From: Eledone cirrhosa
Taxonomy: Eukaryota
Direction: 5' to 3'
DNA length: 64,000 nucleotides
Assembly (NCBI GenBank): GCA_964016885.1
Contig: OZ024740.1
Span: 154,442,001 to 154,506,000 of the forward strand
Position 1 is the stretch's first letter. Every line of letters begins with the position of its first letter. The position numbers and the translations under genes were made by a program. Shown here in pieces: positions 42,670 to 56,089 of the stretch. The notes beneath the pieces were generated by a model, which was not told the DNA's origin, made no database searches, and saw only the letters and a list, made by a program, of their open reading frames with translations.

Positions 42670-42775
42670 AAGGTGCATGGCAGAGTGGTTAGAGAGTTGG
42701 ATTCGCAATCATGAGGTTGTGATTTCGTTTTGTCCTTGAGCAAGACACTTTATTTCACGTTGTTCCTTCTACCTG
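42669..42775 (+). mobile_element. SINE family 2 fragment
   Basis: tRNA-like head tggcagagtggttagag plus gtccttgagcaagacactttatttcacgttg. Confidence 0.75.
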
Positions 42776-43741
42776 GATTTGCGACCGACAGATAGTATTA
42801 GAAATTTGAAAGACCAATGGAAACATTGTTTCCTCGGTCTGATTTGACGAGCTCCATCCCACTCATTAAGTGAATGAGGTCTGGCTTCTTATCGATCGAC
42901 TGTATATTATATATGTATATTACAATTTTAGAATCCTTGTCACGTTTGTTAACCTCAGTAGAGAAAGATTTCGGGTGTAAATAAAGTAACATTTACTTCT
43001 GTCTGTGCTCTAGTGTAAATTCTTTTTGTCTATATCATCCTTATCTTAAACCATAAAAATGTTAAGTCGAGATGATTTATGACTGTATTAGAGGGGTTAA
43101 CTTGCCTAATAATCGAGCTGTTGACTTAAAAATTAAGAAAGTTGGACTAAAACGAGTAAAAAAGAAATAAAGAAATAAGAAAAGAACACAAATATTTTGT
43201 ATAACGGTAGAACTATACAATTGCAAATACTGCAATCTGGCAAAGTTCCTATCACCATATATAGTGAAATAGAAGGAAAATAAACATTACTAAACTACTG
43301 GCAAAGGAATAAGGCAAAATAGATAATAGAAATATTTTATTATTTGTAATAAGTTGCAGCCTTCAGGCCTGAAGTAACACCGACCAAATCCTTGAGAATA
43401 TTGTAATCAATTTATATACATATGTAGTATATTAAACAACATTACACTACCACATAATATTTCGATACACACTCAAACACACACATGTACGTACAAATTC
43501 AAATATCTTTCTGGCATAAATGAATGTTCTGTGTAAATATACGTATATATGCATATATATATATGTGTGTGTGTGTGTGTGTCTTACATTGCAAATTACC
43601 AAAATACCTTGTCTAGTGCGCTATTAATCAATCAATTATGCACAATGCTATACAAATTAGACAGACCAATTTAGGTATGTCCTAGATTGTATACACTAAA
43701 AATAGCTGTGAGCTACTAATCTTTCCATGAATAGATATCAG

Positions 43742-43894
<153 letters not shown>

Positions 43895-44139
43895 TAGATT
43901 ATATATATATATAACATATGATGTATAATATATATGTTATATATATTTGATAATTGCCACCGACGAATGCGACAAAGTTCTCCAGGAAAGTTAACCAAGA
44001 ATCTTTAAAAATCTTCCCACCGAAGTTAACAAAGAACTTACTAGATCTACCAACGAAGTCATTCTTTTCCTTTTTTTCAAATATACCTAAGTGAACCAAG
44101 GATCTCACACATTTTCCAATATATATATATATATATTAT

Positions 44140-44315
44140 ATAGGAAAAGAGTCAGGACCCAGGCGGCTGAGCTCCATCCGTTTCGACAGCTAGATACGAG
44201 CTAAGCCAGCCGTCGGGGTCCTGACTCTTTTCCTATTACCCACTCTACTACCCTAACTATTGAGTACTCTGGTGCGTTATGGTCCATCTGGTTTCTTACC
44301 ACACTTTCTTTGCTA
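44140..44315 (+). mobile_element. Fold-back PLE end (same family as 6869)
   Basis: Same arms and tail; (TA)n flanks. Confidence 0.85.
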
Positions 44316-44410
44316 TAATATATGTATATATATATTAAATGTTATATGCATATAATATATATAGTTGTGTGTATATATATATATAACATATAATATACAT
44401 ACACACACAC

Positions 44411-44477
<67 letters not shown>

Positions 44478-44598
44478 ATATTATATGTTTTATATATATA
44501 TATATATATATAATATATATTTGTTTGTATATATATACATATATATACAAATATATATAACATATAATATATAACATAAATATTATATATACACACTA

Positions 44599-44790
44599 GG
44601 GCGGTGGATTGGCAGTATCGGTAGAGGAGCGGACACCATGCTTTGACGCATAGAGTTACGGCCCTTGCCATTCTGAGTTCAAATCCCGCCGAGGTTAACT
44701 TTGCCTTTCATCCTTACGGGGTCGATAAAATAAAATACCAGTAATACACTAATTTAATTGCTGGCCTTGTCCCAAAAGTAGAAACAATTA
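44599..44790 (+). mobile_element. Full-length SINE family 1
   Basis: Matches 12158-12347. Confidence 0.9.
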
Positions 44791-45430
44791 TATATACACA
44801 CTATGGTACATTCACACATTTGAATTTTTATACAGTTGTATTTACACACACACAATCACACACATAATCACACACAGACGCATATATATATTGAGTAGTA
44901 AAACACCGTGTAAGATGTAAATTTGTTTTTGAATGTATTGCTTTCTCCATTTATTCTGCTTATATATATATATATATGTGTGTGTGTGTGCGTGTGTGTG
45001 TGTGTGTATTCATTATTGCTATGTTGTACATTAACCTGGAATGAAATGTCTAAAATGTGATTCAATGAACTGAAGAAAACACTACAACGAACACATGTAC
45101 ATTTCTAATCCTACAATGTTATAGACAGAGTGGATGATTTCTGCATTTACGATACAATATTTAATACATTATGAAGCTGAAACTCCCAGCGTGTGTGTTT
45201 ATACCGCTGAGACTCAGAATATAGAGAGTGGTTGTAAGGCACGGGGAAGCCGAACCTCTTTAACGTCAAAATGTTAGCCATTTACTGAATTACAAATTTA
45301 CATTTTATCATGAATTGGAAATCATTGCTTTTTGTGCTTTATATTAATAATAAATGCAGTTTTAGACTGGTTAGGTGATACCTAAATTCTCAGCACAGAG
45401 AGCACGACAAATACACACATACACACACAC

Positions 45431-45466
<36 letters not shown>

Positions 45467-45697
45467 GTGTGTGTGTGAGTGTGTGTATGTGTGTGTACAT
45501 ATATATTTATATATACAGAGAGAAGGGGTAAATAGGTAAATATATAGAGATCAATAGAGCAATAGATAGATAAAAAGATAAAGGTATATTCTCAAGACGC
45601 AAATCTAAATATCAGTTATGCGAAAAAGGGAGGAGGTGAGATAGAGAAAGATGTGGGTGATATATAGAGTGGGGAGGGGAAAATAGAGAGAGTGTGT

Positions 45698-45781
<84 letters not shown>

Positions 45782-46173
45782 AAAACATTAACAATTGTGA
45801 TATTTCAAAGGCATAAGGTTCCATAAACATGCAACAAACAAACACATGTAAATAAAAAAATATTAAAGAGACGTATAGTGAAGCCAATTTATTAATTTGG
45901 ATGTTTTTCCTCGCTAGAAAACATCTTTCACGTTGGCAAATTTCCAAAGTCTTGCTTGGCTGAAGTCAAACCAATATGATATAGCAATTGTATTATCCTA
46001 TTTTAAGGTGGGTACCTTCCATTTGTCTACTCAATACGTCATATGTTTATGGATGGCGACGAACATCTTCGTTCTTTTAGTTCCCATGACACAAGCAGTT
46101 GGTTATTTGCTATCAGCAAGGCTGTTGCTCTTTCCTTTCCTGACAATTTCTTTCTTCTGGTATTATTTTTTCC

Positions 46174-46217
<44 letters not shown>

Positions 46218-46218
<1 letters not shown>

Positions 46219-47940
46219 GGAAAAATTTGAACAGGGACAAAACAGAGAGGCAGTACAATAAATGTTTATTAATTTCACGCTCAGGAGAGTGGGGGGTAGG
46301 TGGGGGACGACGTTTCGGGCATAAGCCCTTCCTCAGGTGAGAAGTGTGTGGGAACAGAGTTCAAAAGGTGTGTAGGGGAGTGGTGGAGAGACATATAGCG
46401 AAAGGAAACGGTGCGAATGAAAAAATAACAAATAAAGATAAAAAATAAAAATAAAGCATGATCAAAATACAAGGAATGAGAAAATTTAAAAATAAAGGCA
46501 TGATCAAAATAAACTGAAATTAAAAGGGGGGTAAACAGGTGGTGGAAGGGTGTGGGGTCAGTAGGGGTGGTGGCGGGTGGAGTGGGGAGAGGGAGACGGG
46601 GTGTCCGAGCGGGGAGGGCTGAAGGTGGTGTGTGTGTGTAGGTGTGCGTGTGTGCGTGTGTGTGTATGTGAAAGTAAGGGTTGGGGGAAGAACGGGGTTG
46701 CATGTTCAGGAAGAGGTGTGTGTGGGGGGTGTTTTTGTGGGTCGGAGTGTCTGTGCGTGTGTGGATAGAGGGGTGGGGGGAGAGGAATCAGGAGGCTGAG
46801 GGTGTAAATATGTGGTGGGAAGCACGTGTGTGTGGGGTTTAAGCGTGTTGTGGGTGTGGGTGGCGTGTGGAGAAAAAAAATGTTTTTGGGGTGTGTGTAT
46901 TGGGTGAGTTATATAGGTGATTACGTAAGAGGATGGTTGAAAAGTTGGTAAGTTCCAAGGATGTTTAGAGGATTGGTTGTAAGTCAATTTCTGCGTGTCG
47001 GTAATCCATGAAGCGGTGGTCGGAAGAGGAGAGATGTGGGGTGCGCGCGCAACAGGAAGTGGTCAGCAGTGGGAGTGCTGTGGTCTGTTGGTGCTGGGAG
47101 GTGGTCAGAAGGGCATAGCAGCAGTCGGTGGAATGGTAAGGGGGCGAGGATGGGTAGGTGTGAAAGTTGGAGTGAGGAGCGTGTGTGTGTGTGTGTGTGT
47201 ATTAGTAGGGGTGTTAGTGGGATGAGTGAGTGTGGAGCGAGGGTGTGGGTGGAGCGGGGAGAGAAGGGTGTGTGTGGTTCTATGGAGGGAGTGTGGTGTA
47301 CTGGTGTGTGTGTAGTTTGATGAAGAGGTGTTAGTGGGTGTTAGTATACGGGAGGTGGGGAGGGGTTGAATGCAGGTGTGAGTGGGGGTTAGTGGTGGTA
47401 GGGTGTGTAGAGTTGGTGGTGTACGAGGGTGTGTGGGTACGTGTGCGTGAAGTTGGGGGGTGTTAGTGATGTTAGTTGCGTGTGGGGTGGGTGGTGTAAG
47501 TGGGTGCGTGTGTTCGTGTGCTTGGGGTTAGGGGTTGTTAGTGAGGTTAGTTGCGGGGTGGTGGGATGGAGGTGTGGGGGTGAGGGTTAGTGGTGGTAGT
47601 AGGGTGTGTGTTTAGTGTGAGCGTGTGTATATATGTGCCGGTGGGTGTGTGCGTGTGATAAGGAGGGGGGAGGAGGAGAAGAGGGGAGGGAAGGGATGTT
47701 AGTATGTTAGTTGGGGAAGGGTGGTCAGATGAGAGGTGGAGTGGAGGTGTTAGTATTGTTAGTGTGGGGTGGGCGGTGAAAAGGAGGGGTGTGTTAGTGG
47801 TGTTAGTGGGGGATAAGTGTGGGGGGGAGGGGGTCGGTCGAACGCTAAAGGAATAAGGGTGAGGAGTTCAGGCCGGGAGGACTGTGGGTCTGTAAGATGA
47901 AGATAGTTCGTTGTTCGACCGTAAGGCGATGGGCGGGATA
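46218..47940 (-). mobile_element. 5'-truncated Penelope-like element (Neptune-like EN tail) in (TA)n
   Basis: 47940-47845 translates YPAHRLTVEQRTIFILQTHSPPGLNSSPLFL* (GIY-YIG end R...EQ..I..L.T..P.GLN). ~1.5-kb C/A-rich 3' UTR; HHR CTGAGGA-agggcttatgccc-GAAA-cgtcgtc at ~46305-46337. Confidence 0.82.
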
Positions 47941-47994
47941 TATATATATAAATAAATCATACACAAAACGCCAGCACCAACAGTTTTGCAAGAG

Positions 47995-48168
47995 ATGTCA
48001 ACATGAATGGACCTGTTATTTCAATCTATCTTATTTCTAATTTCTTCTGGTGAAGGACCAACGTCCGAAACGTTAAGACCCTCTTCCTGCTATATATCAA
48101 GCGAGAACCTAATATATCCCTTCCATATACTGTTCCGATTGTGTTGTTATTTCTGTTTACCTTTTACT
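47995..48168 (+). mobile_element. PLE pLTR end with minimal HHR
   Basis: CTGGTGA-aggaccaacgtcc-GAAA-cgttaag plus the family tail. Confidence 0.8.
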
Positions 48169-48203
<35 letters not shown>

Positions 48204-48211
48204 TGTGTATA

Positions 48212-48330
<119 letters not shown>

Positions 48331-48639
48331 GAGAGAATTAGAATTTAGCTTCGAACATAGAACTCAACTGGTTCTCGCCAGGACGATCTCTCCCGCTCTT
48401 GCAACTGCCGGACTTTGAAAACAGGCGAAAATATATAGTTTTTTTTTTTTCGTCTTTGGACTGAGTGCTCTACCAACTTTGGATATAACCTTCTAATATA
48501 TATTAGATGTGTATATGAAGTCATATATAAAAATCGAGTCGATTTAAATCTTGTGCGTGAAACTGAGCAGCTGAAACCTATTTGGAAGTCCTTCGGATGG
48601 ACTGTACTAATATTTCAAAGATCCAGCCTTGGCCAACAA

Positions 48640-48922
48640 TCTAAAGGTCTATTTCGAGCCCGGAGACTCATCAGGACGTTGTTTATATCGGTTTTCGTGG
48701 CATGAAGCGACTGAGACAAAACTTTCTCCTGCATAAAACTCCAGTCCATTTCAGTGTTAAAACCCCCCAGATATAGCTGGTACTCATTTTCAGTTTAATA
48801 TACTGAAGTAACGTGAAATGAAGTGTTTTGCTCAAGAATACAACACGCAACCCAGTCCAGGAATCGAACCCACGATATTATGATCGTATGTCTAACACTC
48901 GTACCACTAGGCCACGCGTCTC
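48640..48922 (-). mobile_element. SINE family 2
   Basis: Reverse complement of 62293-62560 with A/B boxes (tggcctagtgg, ggttcgattcc). Confidence 0.85.
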
Positions 48923-49629
48923 CATTATTATGTCCAACAATGTATCGTGTATAATCATCCTGAGAATCACGTTGAGGGTGCACGTATCTGTAGAATGTTC
49001 GTTACGTACACGATAAATTTAACACCCGTCGTTGAAACTGACGGTGGTCCATTCTTTTTTTTCCGATGTAAAGAATATATTTTTAAACAACTGCTTATTA
49101 TATCTACATATGTGAATATATCTTGAACTTCTAACGAGTTATAGACACCAATATCTGAAAGTAATTGCGGTATTAAATACGTGTGTGTGTGCGTGTGTGT
49201 GCGTGTGTGTGTGTGTGCGTGTGTGCTTGCGTGTGTGTGTGTGTGTTTGCGTGTGTGTGTGGGGTTTTTTGTGTGTCTGTGTGTGAATATTTATTCTTTA
49301 AAATTGATATTTCTGGTAACATTTCGTTTTTCATGTAACTGATTTCGTTTATCGTATAACATTTAAGTTAACTAACAATATATACAAATAACTCGGAATA
49401 ACTCTGATATTTTGGGAAAGTAAAGGACACATAACATAATGAAGTCCTTGATGTAGTTTTAAAAAGAAGGATTGGGCATGTCTGGGCCACGTTTAATCAG
49501 CTTACCCAGAGTTTACCTGGGACGAAACGCATAACATAGTATATTTCGTTGACATTTTGTCCATATGTTAGTGTATCTTCAGTGATTAGGACATTTTTGT
49601 ATGATCCACCACATTCATAAAAACATAGT

Positions 49630-50246
49630 AATAATTTCTTACATAGACACAGGGCGACAGATGTTGGGAAATGGGTTCACCGATTAAATTGATCTAGTTC
49701 TTGACTGGTATGCAATTGTATTAACCCCAGAAAGGCAAAGTTAACCTCGGTATTTTATCTGATGCGCCAGGATTCTGCAAATCCACCGCCCTCATAAAGA
49801 CATAATAATTATTTCTATCGTAGACGCAAGCGGAAAGAGGTTTGTCGATGAAATCAACCCCGGTACTTGACAGTTACTATATTTCAACGTTGGAAGGATG
49901 AAAGGCAAAGTTGACCGCGACGAGATTTGAAATCAGAATGTAAAAAGCCGTAACTAAAGATTACAAGGCATTTTGTCAGACACTAATGACTCTGCTAATT
50001 CACCACCCTCATAAAGACATATTAATAATTGTTTTTACTTTAGACACAAGGCCAGCAATTTGAAGCGTAGGGGAAAGTAGATTAAATCGATCCCTGTACT
50101 TACTGGTGCTTTATTTGATCGACCCAGTAAAGATGAAAGGTAAAGCTAACCTCGGTGAGATTTGAACTCAGAATATAAAGTGCCAGAACTCGATGCTGTG
50201 AAGTATGTTGTCTGGTGCTCTATCGATACTGCCAAGCAACCACCCT
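49630..50246 (-). mobile_element. Three head-to-tail SINE family 1 copies
   Basis: Core aaaggcaaagtt.acc.cg repeated at ~49735, 49900 and 50140, with shared spacer cctcataaagacata.taataatt. Confidence 0.8.
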
Positions 50247-50554
50247 TACGTATTAATAATTGAAAATAAAAAGTTGGTTTGCATAAGCAATGAATTAGCT
50301 GCACGTGCTCTTCTCAAGAGAGGTTTCAATTACCGATTATTTTTGTCATCATATTTTGGGGACTGAAGTAACTGAGAGTGCTGCTGTTGTAGTTTCTCGA
50401 AACTTCTAAGTACAAGATTGGTGGGGTCGATTTCTGTGTTCACATTTTAACAAGTCGACCAGATTTAATTGTTTAGGTGTTGCTCACGGTTCAAATGGTT
50501 CAAGTTTATCGGGTATTTTGGCTGCGCTATTATTGTTAAAAAGATTTTGTCAAA

Positions 50555-50608
<54 letters not shown>

Positions 50609-50610
50609 AC

Positions 50611-50643
<33 letters not shown>

Positions 50644-51131
50644 TAGATATATATTTCTCTCTCTCTCCCTCTCTCTTCCTCTCCATTCTTCTGTCTTTCT
50701 GTTTTCAGTGCATGATTACTCTTGAAAGTCGTGCGTAGATACGAATTAGTTCTACTTACTGAAATGTCAAAATGTTGATCTCTACATAAACCCTTTTCTT
50801 CCCTTTTCTCCCTTGTGGAGGATGTACAGTCAGTTGATATCTAATTACGGATGGTGCATTCTATCGATGGTGGACGAGTTTTCTTGCTTTGTTGCCTATC
50901 CTAATTATCTCTGTTCTAATCTACTCTATCATGTCAAAGCTGTCAGAATGTTAATTGCCTGAACTTCATCTGGTAAGCAGAGTTCAGATTTTTTTTTTTA
51001 AGGATCAACGACACACACCACCTGTAAAGTTCTTTTATGCCTTAATCTAACTAATGCATGTTGCGGAATAATTTTGCTTTCTCGTCATCAAACATTTGTA
51101 AAACATAAATATACATATATTAATATATATA

Positions 51132-51224
<93 letters not shown>

Positions 51225-51227
<3 letters not shown>

Positions 51228-51415
51228 ACGAAGGAAATGTGGTAAGGAACCAGGTGGACCATAACGCACCAAAGTACTCAATACTTGAGGTAGTAGAGTG
51301 GGTAATAGGAACCAGTAAGACCCCGACAGCTGAGCTCAAGCCGTTTCGACGGCTAATTCAGTCCAGAATTAGCCGTCGAAACGGCTTGAGCTCAGCTGTC
51401 GGGGTCTTACTGGTT

Positions 51416-51420
<5 letters not shown>
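51225..51420 (-). mobile_element. Fold-back PLE end (same family as 6869, opposite orientation)
   Basis: Perfect arms ~51305-51359/51366-51420; tail 51225-51304. Confidence 0.88.
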
Positions 51421-51507
<87 letters not shown>

Positions 51508-51679
51508 CAAACAGATGTATATTTACATATTTAATTTATATATATTTATATATTTATATTCATTCCTTTGTCTCAAATTTGAATCCACCGCCAAAGCGAG
51601 GGTTACCTCCCTTGGAGAAGACCACGTGTCTATAGCGAAATTCACTGCTAGAACATATCCGCAGAGGCTAAAGAACACA

Positions 51680-51876
51680 AGACTTACTGAAGAAGTAAAT
51701 CCTTTGTTCTGTCGCCAAAAACCATTAACTTGCAGACCCCTGCAAGCGGAATTTGTCGATCTTGGATTTACAGAAACCTAGCGCTGATGTTGTGTGTTGT
51801 ATGTGATGCATATCGTATGCTATACGATATGCATTATATGTTGCATTCGGTCTCCGCGCTATGTCCAGGTCAGTCT
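51680..51876 (+). ncRNA. Candidate large type I hammerhead with hairpin inserts in stems II and III
   Basis: AGACT(TA) CTGAAGA A GTAAATCC...GGATTTAC A GAAA CCT AGCGC...GCGCT..AGG TC AGTCT. Confidence 0.55.
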
Positions 51877-52093
51877 AAAATCTTTTCCTGAGTCCTGTAT
51901 TTTCGTTGCTATGGCAATGCGGCTGGACTGCCGATCACTATATTTGATTTGCAAAGCTGTCTAAACGTATTGTTATTACTCTGGGGTACTATTCCCTATC
52001 GAGTGCTAAAGCTACATACCGAATTTGCATTCATTGGCTTGGCCGCAACCTAAAGCTTCGTTAATGCTGTACTAAAATTTATATATATATATA

Positions 52094-52410
52094 TTATTCA
52101 AAATGTTAACAAATGAAAAATATTCTCATAATGAAAATATATACTTTATTATATATATTTCGAAGGTACTGTGTTGTTTTTTCAGTACGTCCTCATCAGA
52201 CAAAATATATGATTTGATATATGAAAAATCAAACACAGTATCTTCGAAATATATATAATAAAGTATATATTTTGATTATGAGAATATTTTTCATTTGTTA
52301 ACATTTTGAATAATATTAAAAACTCCAGGAAAACATTTTCCTGTTGAGTGCTTCTAATCTATTGTAAAATTGTATTCGTTGAGTAATCAACGAACCATAC
52401 TAATCTTTGG

Positions 52411-52412
<2 letters not shown>
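52094..52412 (+). mobile_element. Fold-back PLE end, second copy of the 30462 family
   Basis: Same arms and tail; right arm starts inside HHR stem II. Confidence 0.85.
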
Positions 52413-52452
<40 letters not shown>

Positions 52453-52598
52453 TAATAATAATATAAAAAAGTGGTAGGTCTTCATTACGTTTATTGAGTA
52501 GTAACGCGCGTTTCGCGATTGATCATTTCAAGGTTGGATCTGTATCGATCTGGCCGGACTCGGGAATCAAAAGCTCGTCGGACTTCTGTAATGGAAAT

Positions 52599-52642
<44 letters not shown>

Positions 52643-52660
52643 TATGTGTGTGTGTACATA

Positions 52661-52955
52661 CAGTAAGTCCCCAACTTACGAACTTCCACAGATGTGAACA
52701 GTCTCACGAAGAAAAAAAGATTTTTTTTCTTTAACAATTTATTGTCATTAGCTTTGCAGTATTTAAATTCATTAGTACATGTTATATATACCTCTATATA
52801 CTGTTTATATATATCACTGATATGAAAGCTTGCAGTATCATTGAAACATATATGGGCTTACTGGCACGTACTGAGTTAGGCGATCAACTTACGAATAAAT
52901 CAACTAACGAACGGCCTCTTGGAACGTAACTCGTTGGTAAGTTGCGGACTTACTG
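52661..52955. mobile_element. pogo/Tigger-type MITE
   Basis: TIRs CAGTAAGTCCCCAACTTACGAAC / GTTGGTAAGTTGCGGACTTACTG, flanked by TA. Confidence 0.85.
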
Positions 52956-53699
52956 TACATACATACATACATACGTACATACATACATACATAAGTATGT
53001 GTACACCCCACTTTCATACATATACACACTCACTCGCACGCGTGAGCATACACATATACACAAATGTGCAAACATAGTCCAGTAGTTAACAATTTCGTTT
53101 AACAACGTGATCCCGAGTTCGATCCCAATGTGTGACACCTTCGGCTTGAATATATTTATGTATCTGTCCTCAGCCATGTCTGTGCTCGTGTTTATCGATG
53201 TAAACTGGGGTCGAATTATGTACCTTTATGTCAAACCAATAAATAGAGATCGATCAAATAAATACAAAACTGAAATAGGCACTGCTATCGATATGATGTA
53301 CTAGAAAAAAAGACTCTTGAAGACGGTGTCCCGGCATAGCCGCAGTTCAATGATTAAATCAGAAAAGAAAAAAGGAAAGAATATCCTTGTAGATGTTATT
53401 AAATTTAAAATATATTAAAATGGCATAGGACTAATCTATCATCTTACAGTAAATTTTACAGTAGGATGATAGAAAATATAGCTACTGCAGGTTTCGTTAG
53501 AACGTTGGATAGAATGCTTTGTGGTATTCTTTGTTCTACTAAGACTTGTACTTGTTTCCCTTTCTGTGCCATGAAATCGCTGACACTCTTATCAAACGCT
53601 ACGTGCTTGTCAAGGATTTTTCACAAGAGAAATACAAAGCAAAAATAGTTTTCTCATTGGGTCGACTAGATAGACAGAAGTTCGCCACACCTGTCTGGA

Positions 53700-54090
53700 T
53701 ATTCAGAACATAAAGAGCCAGAACAAATACCGTGAAGTATTTTATCCAACGCTCTAGCAATTCTCCCAATTCCCTGCTTTGAACAGTAATTCTATTTTAT
53801 TGGTCCCGGAATGAAGAAAGACAAAGTTGACCTCAGCTGAGTTTGAACTCAGCATGTAAAGAGCTGGAACAAATACCGAACTAATGATTCTGCTAATCCA
53901 CTGTCATTGCCACATTAATGATTTCTACGATAGGCACAGGTGGGGGTGGGGAAAGTCGATTAAATCCACTCCAGTAACTTACTGGCACTTTATTTTATCG
54001 ACCCCGTAAGGATGAAAGGCAAAGCTAACCTCGGCGGAATTTGAACTCAAAATGTAAAGGACCGTAACTCTATGCTATGAAGCATGGTGT
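53700..54090 (-). mobile_element. Cluster of SINE family 1 copies and fragments
   Basis: Core repeated at ~53820 and ~54010. Confidence 0.8.
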
Positions 54091-55249
54091 TAAACTAGGC
54101 CGAATTAACTATGACCCATGTATGAAAATGTAGTAGTAGCAGCAGCAGCAGCAGCAGCAGTAGTAGTTGCTGTTGTTGTGTTGTTATTATCTAGTCCCAA
54201 GTCAGCCTTCTGATGGAAGGACATTCTAGACTTGACCTTTTCGTCTTGTATTCAGACAGTTTTTCTAGACTCATGTTATCCAGTGTGGCCTTTTTTTTAA
54301 TGCAGTGGGTTATGATTTAAAATAAATTACACTGATACATCTAACAGATCGAGCGATTAACCAGAGGTTCCCTCGTTGGCTCGTGAAAACTGAGACTTTC
54401 AATGGTTGTGTGCGGAAACTTATGGAACACATCAAAGATGCGATATATGTGTGAGCATCTCTATAGGATTGATGTAAATACCTTTCACACAAGACGGCAG
54501 ACAGCTTAGTTGGTTCGTAGTTTCTAGGGATTCACTATTGCTTTCTTTTCTTACTTCTATTTTTCTTTGTTCTTTGAAAACAGTTGGGTTACGAAGCAAC
54601 TTAATATTCCATATGGCTTATTGTTGAAAATATATTATCGACAACACCTGTTAGATATTTTCGATGCAAATGACGTAATTATTCCAAAATTTTACTAACA
54701 ATTCTATTAGGCCATGGTTGTATTTCGTTACTCTTTTCTATTCTAGTTGGTCTGTGAAATTAGCACTTCCTTTCATGTTTTCCTGATAGCCCTGCTGTGC
54801 AGCAATTCTAAAGTGTCGCAGCAAAACTTTACAACCATTTTGCGTTTTTTGGATAAAACAAATATTTTCTCTCATAATGCTCAACCCAGAAAATTACATC
54901 GTATATGTATTTCATCTGGGGTGTATTTATCAGGTTTTTATTATTACTACAATATTTGTTTTTAAATTCTAATAAAAGAAAAGTGAAGAAAATCTGTATT
55001 ATTATTGTTGTTACTTGAGGGTCATGGATTGGCAAAACTGGTAGAACTTCGGGAAAAGGTTTTGCTGCATTACTTCCGTATCTTAACGTTCTGAATTCAA
55101 ATCCCTCCAAGGTCAACTTTAACTGTCATTCTTCCGGGATCAATAAAATGAAGTACATATCAAGCACTAAGGTCGAGATAATCGACTTTCTCCTTCCTCT
55201 AAATTGCTGCGCTTGTCCCTAAACTTATGATTATTGTTGTTGTTATCGA

Positions 55250-55550
55250 AGTGATCGGCACCGCTCTACGTGAGTACCAGGCGGCGACAGGAGCGAGAAT
55301 TAACCAGGAAATGTCCGAAGGCCTACAACTCGGCACATGAAACGGCAGCTCCATGTCGTCCAACAGCGTTATGTAATGCTGGATGGATGGAGCGACTAAA
55401 TTGCTTGCGGTTTGGTCTGGATCTATATATTGACAAGAACTAGGATGATATAACGAGTAGAATGACGAGTCTCACCCAGAAATGGACCGAAATGTAATTA
55501 TCCATGAAAGGTCAAGCAGAGGGAGATAATTCTTACATTGTCTCGTTCAT
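55250..55550 (+). pseudogene. Tx1/L1-like LINE RT fragment
   Basis: IGTALREYQAATGARINQEMSEGLQLGT*...LTQKWTEM*LSMKGQA matches the RT-end pattern A(S/T)GAKIN..KS....G.W and W..R.LS..G(R/K). Confidence 0.65.
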
Positions 55551-55876
55551 TACTACTTGTGCCTTGCCCCAGTTAACGTCAAAGAATTTTAACACACAAC
55601 GAAAGAACAACCAGATTGGAGGGCGACAATTAGAAAAGGTATTTGCCTTAGTGATCAGGGTAACCATATCACAGTAACCTTCGAAAGTCTCCCCACTACT
55701 GAGGAATGGTCCTTTGTTCGAAATTTTAGTGCTACCTATTTCATTTTTGTTTTTGCTATTTCTCATGTTTTTTCATGTTTTACATATTTTACATATTTCC
55801 ACATGTTTTCAATGCCTTATACGGTCCTCGGTCTTTTTGTAAACTCCTGTGGTTAATAAAGAAATTATTATTATTT

Positions 55877-56089
55877 GGATTGGCAGTATCGGTAGAGCGT
55901 CGGACAACATGCTTTGTGGCATAGAGTTACTGCTTTTTATGTTCTGAGTTCAAATCCCGCCGAAATTAGCTTTGCCTTTCATACGTACATAGTCGATAAA
56001 ATAAAGTACCAGTAACGCACTGGGGTCGTTTTAATCGATTTTCTCCTCCCCCAAAATTGTTGGCCTTGTGCCTAAATCAGAAACCATTA
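55877..56089 (+). mobile_element. SINE family 1 (further copies at 55019-55232 and 56330-56515)
   Basis: Matches 12158-12347. Confidence 0.88.

Noticed and set aside
51074-51781. 235-aa ORF
   Set aside because: It runs through (CA)n, a fold-back element, (TA)n and a structured-RNA candidate; a chance open frame.
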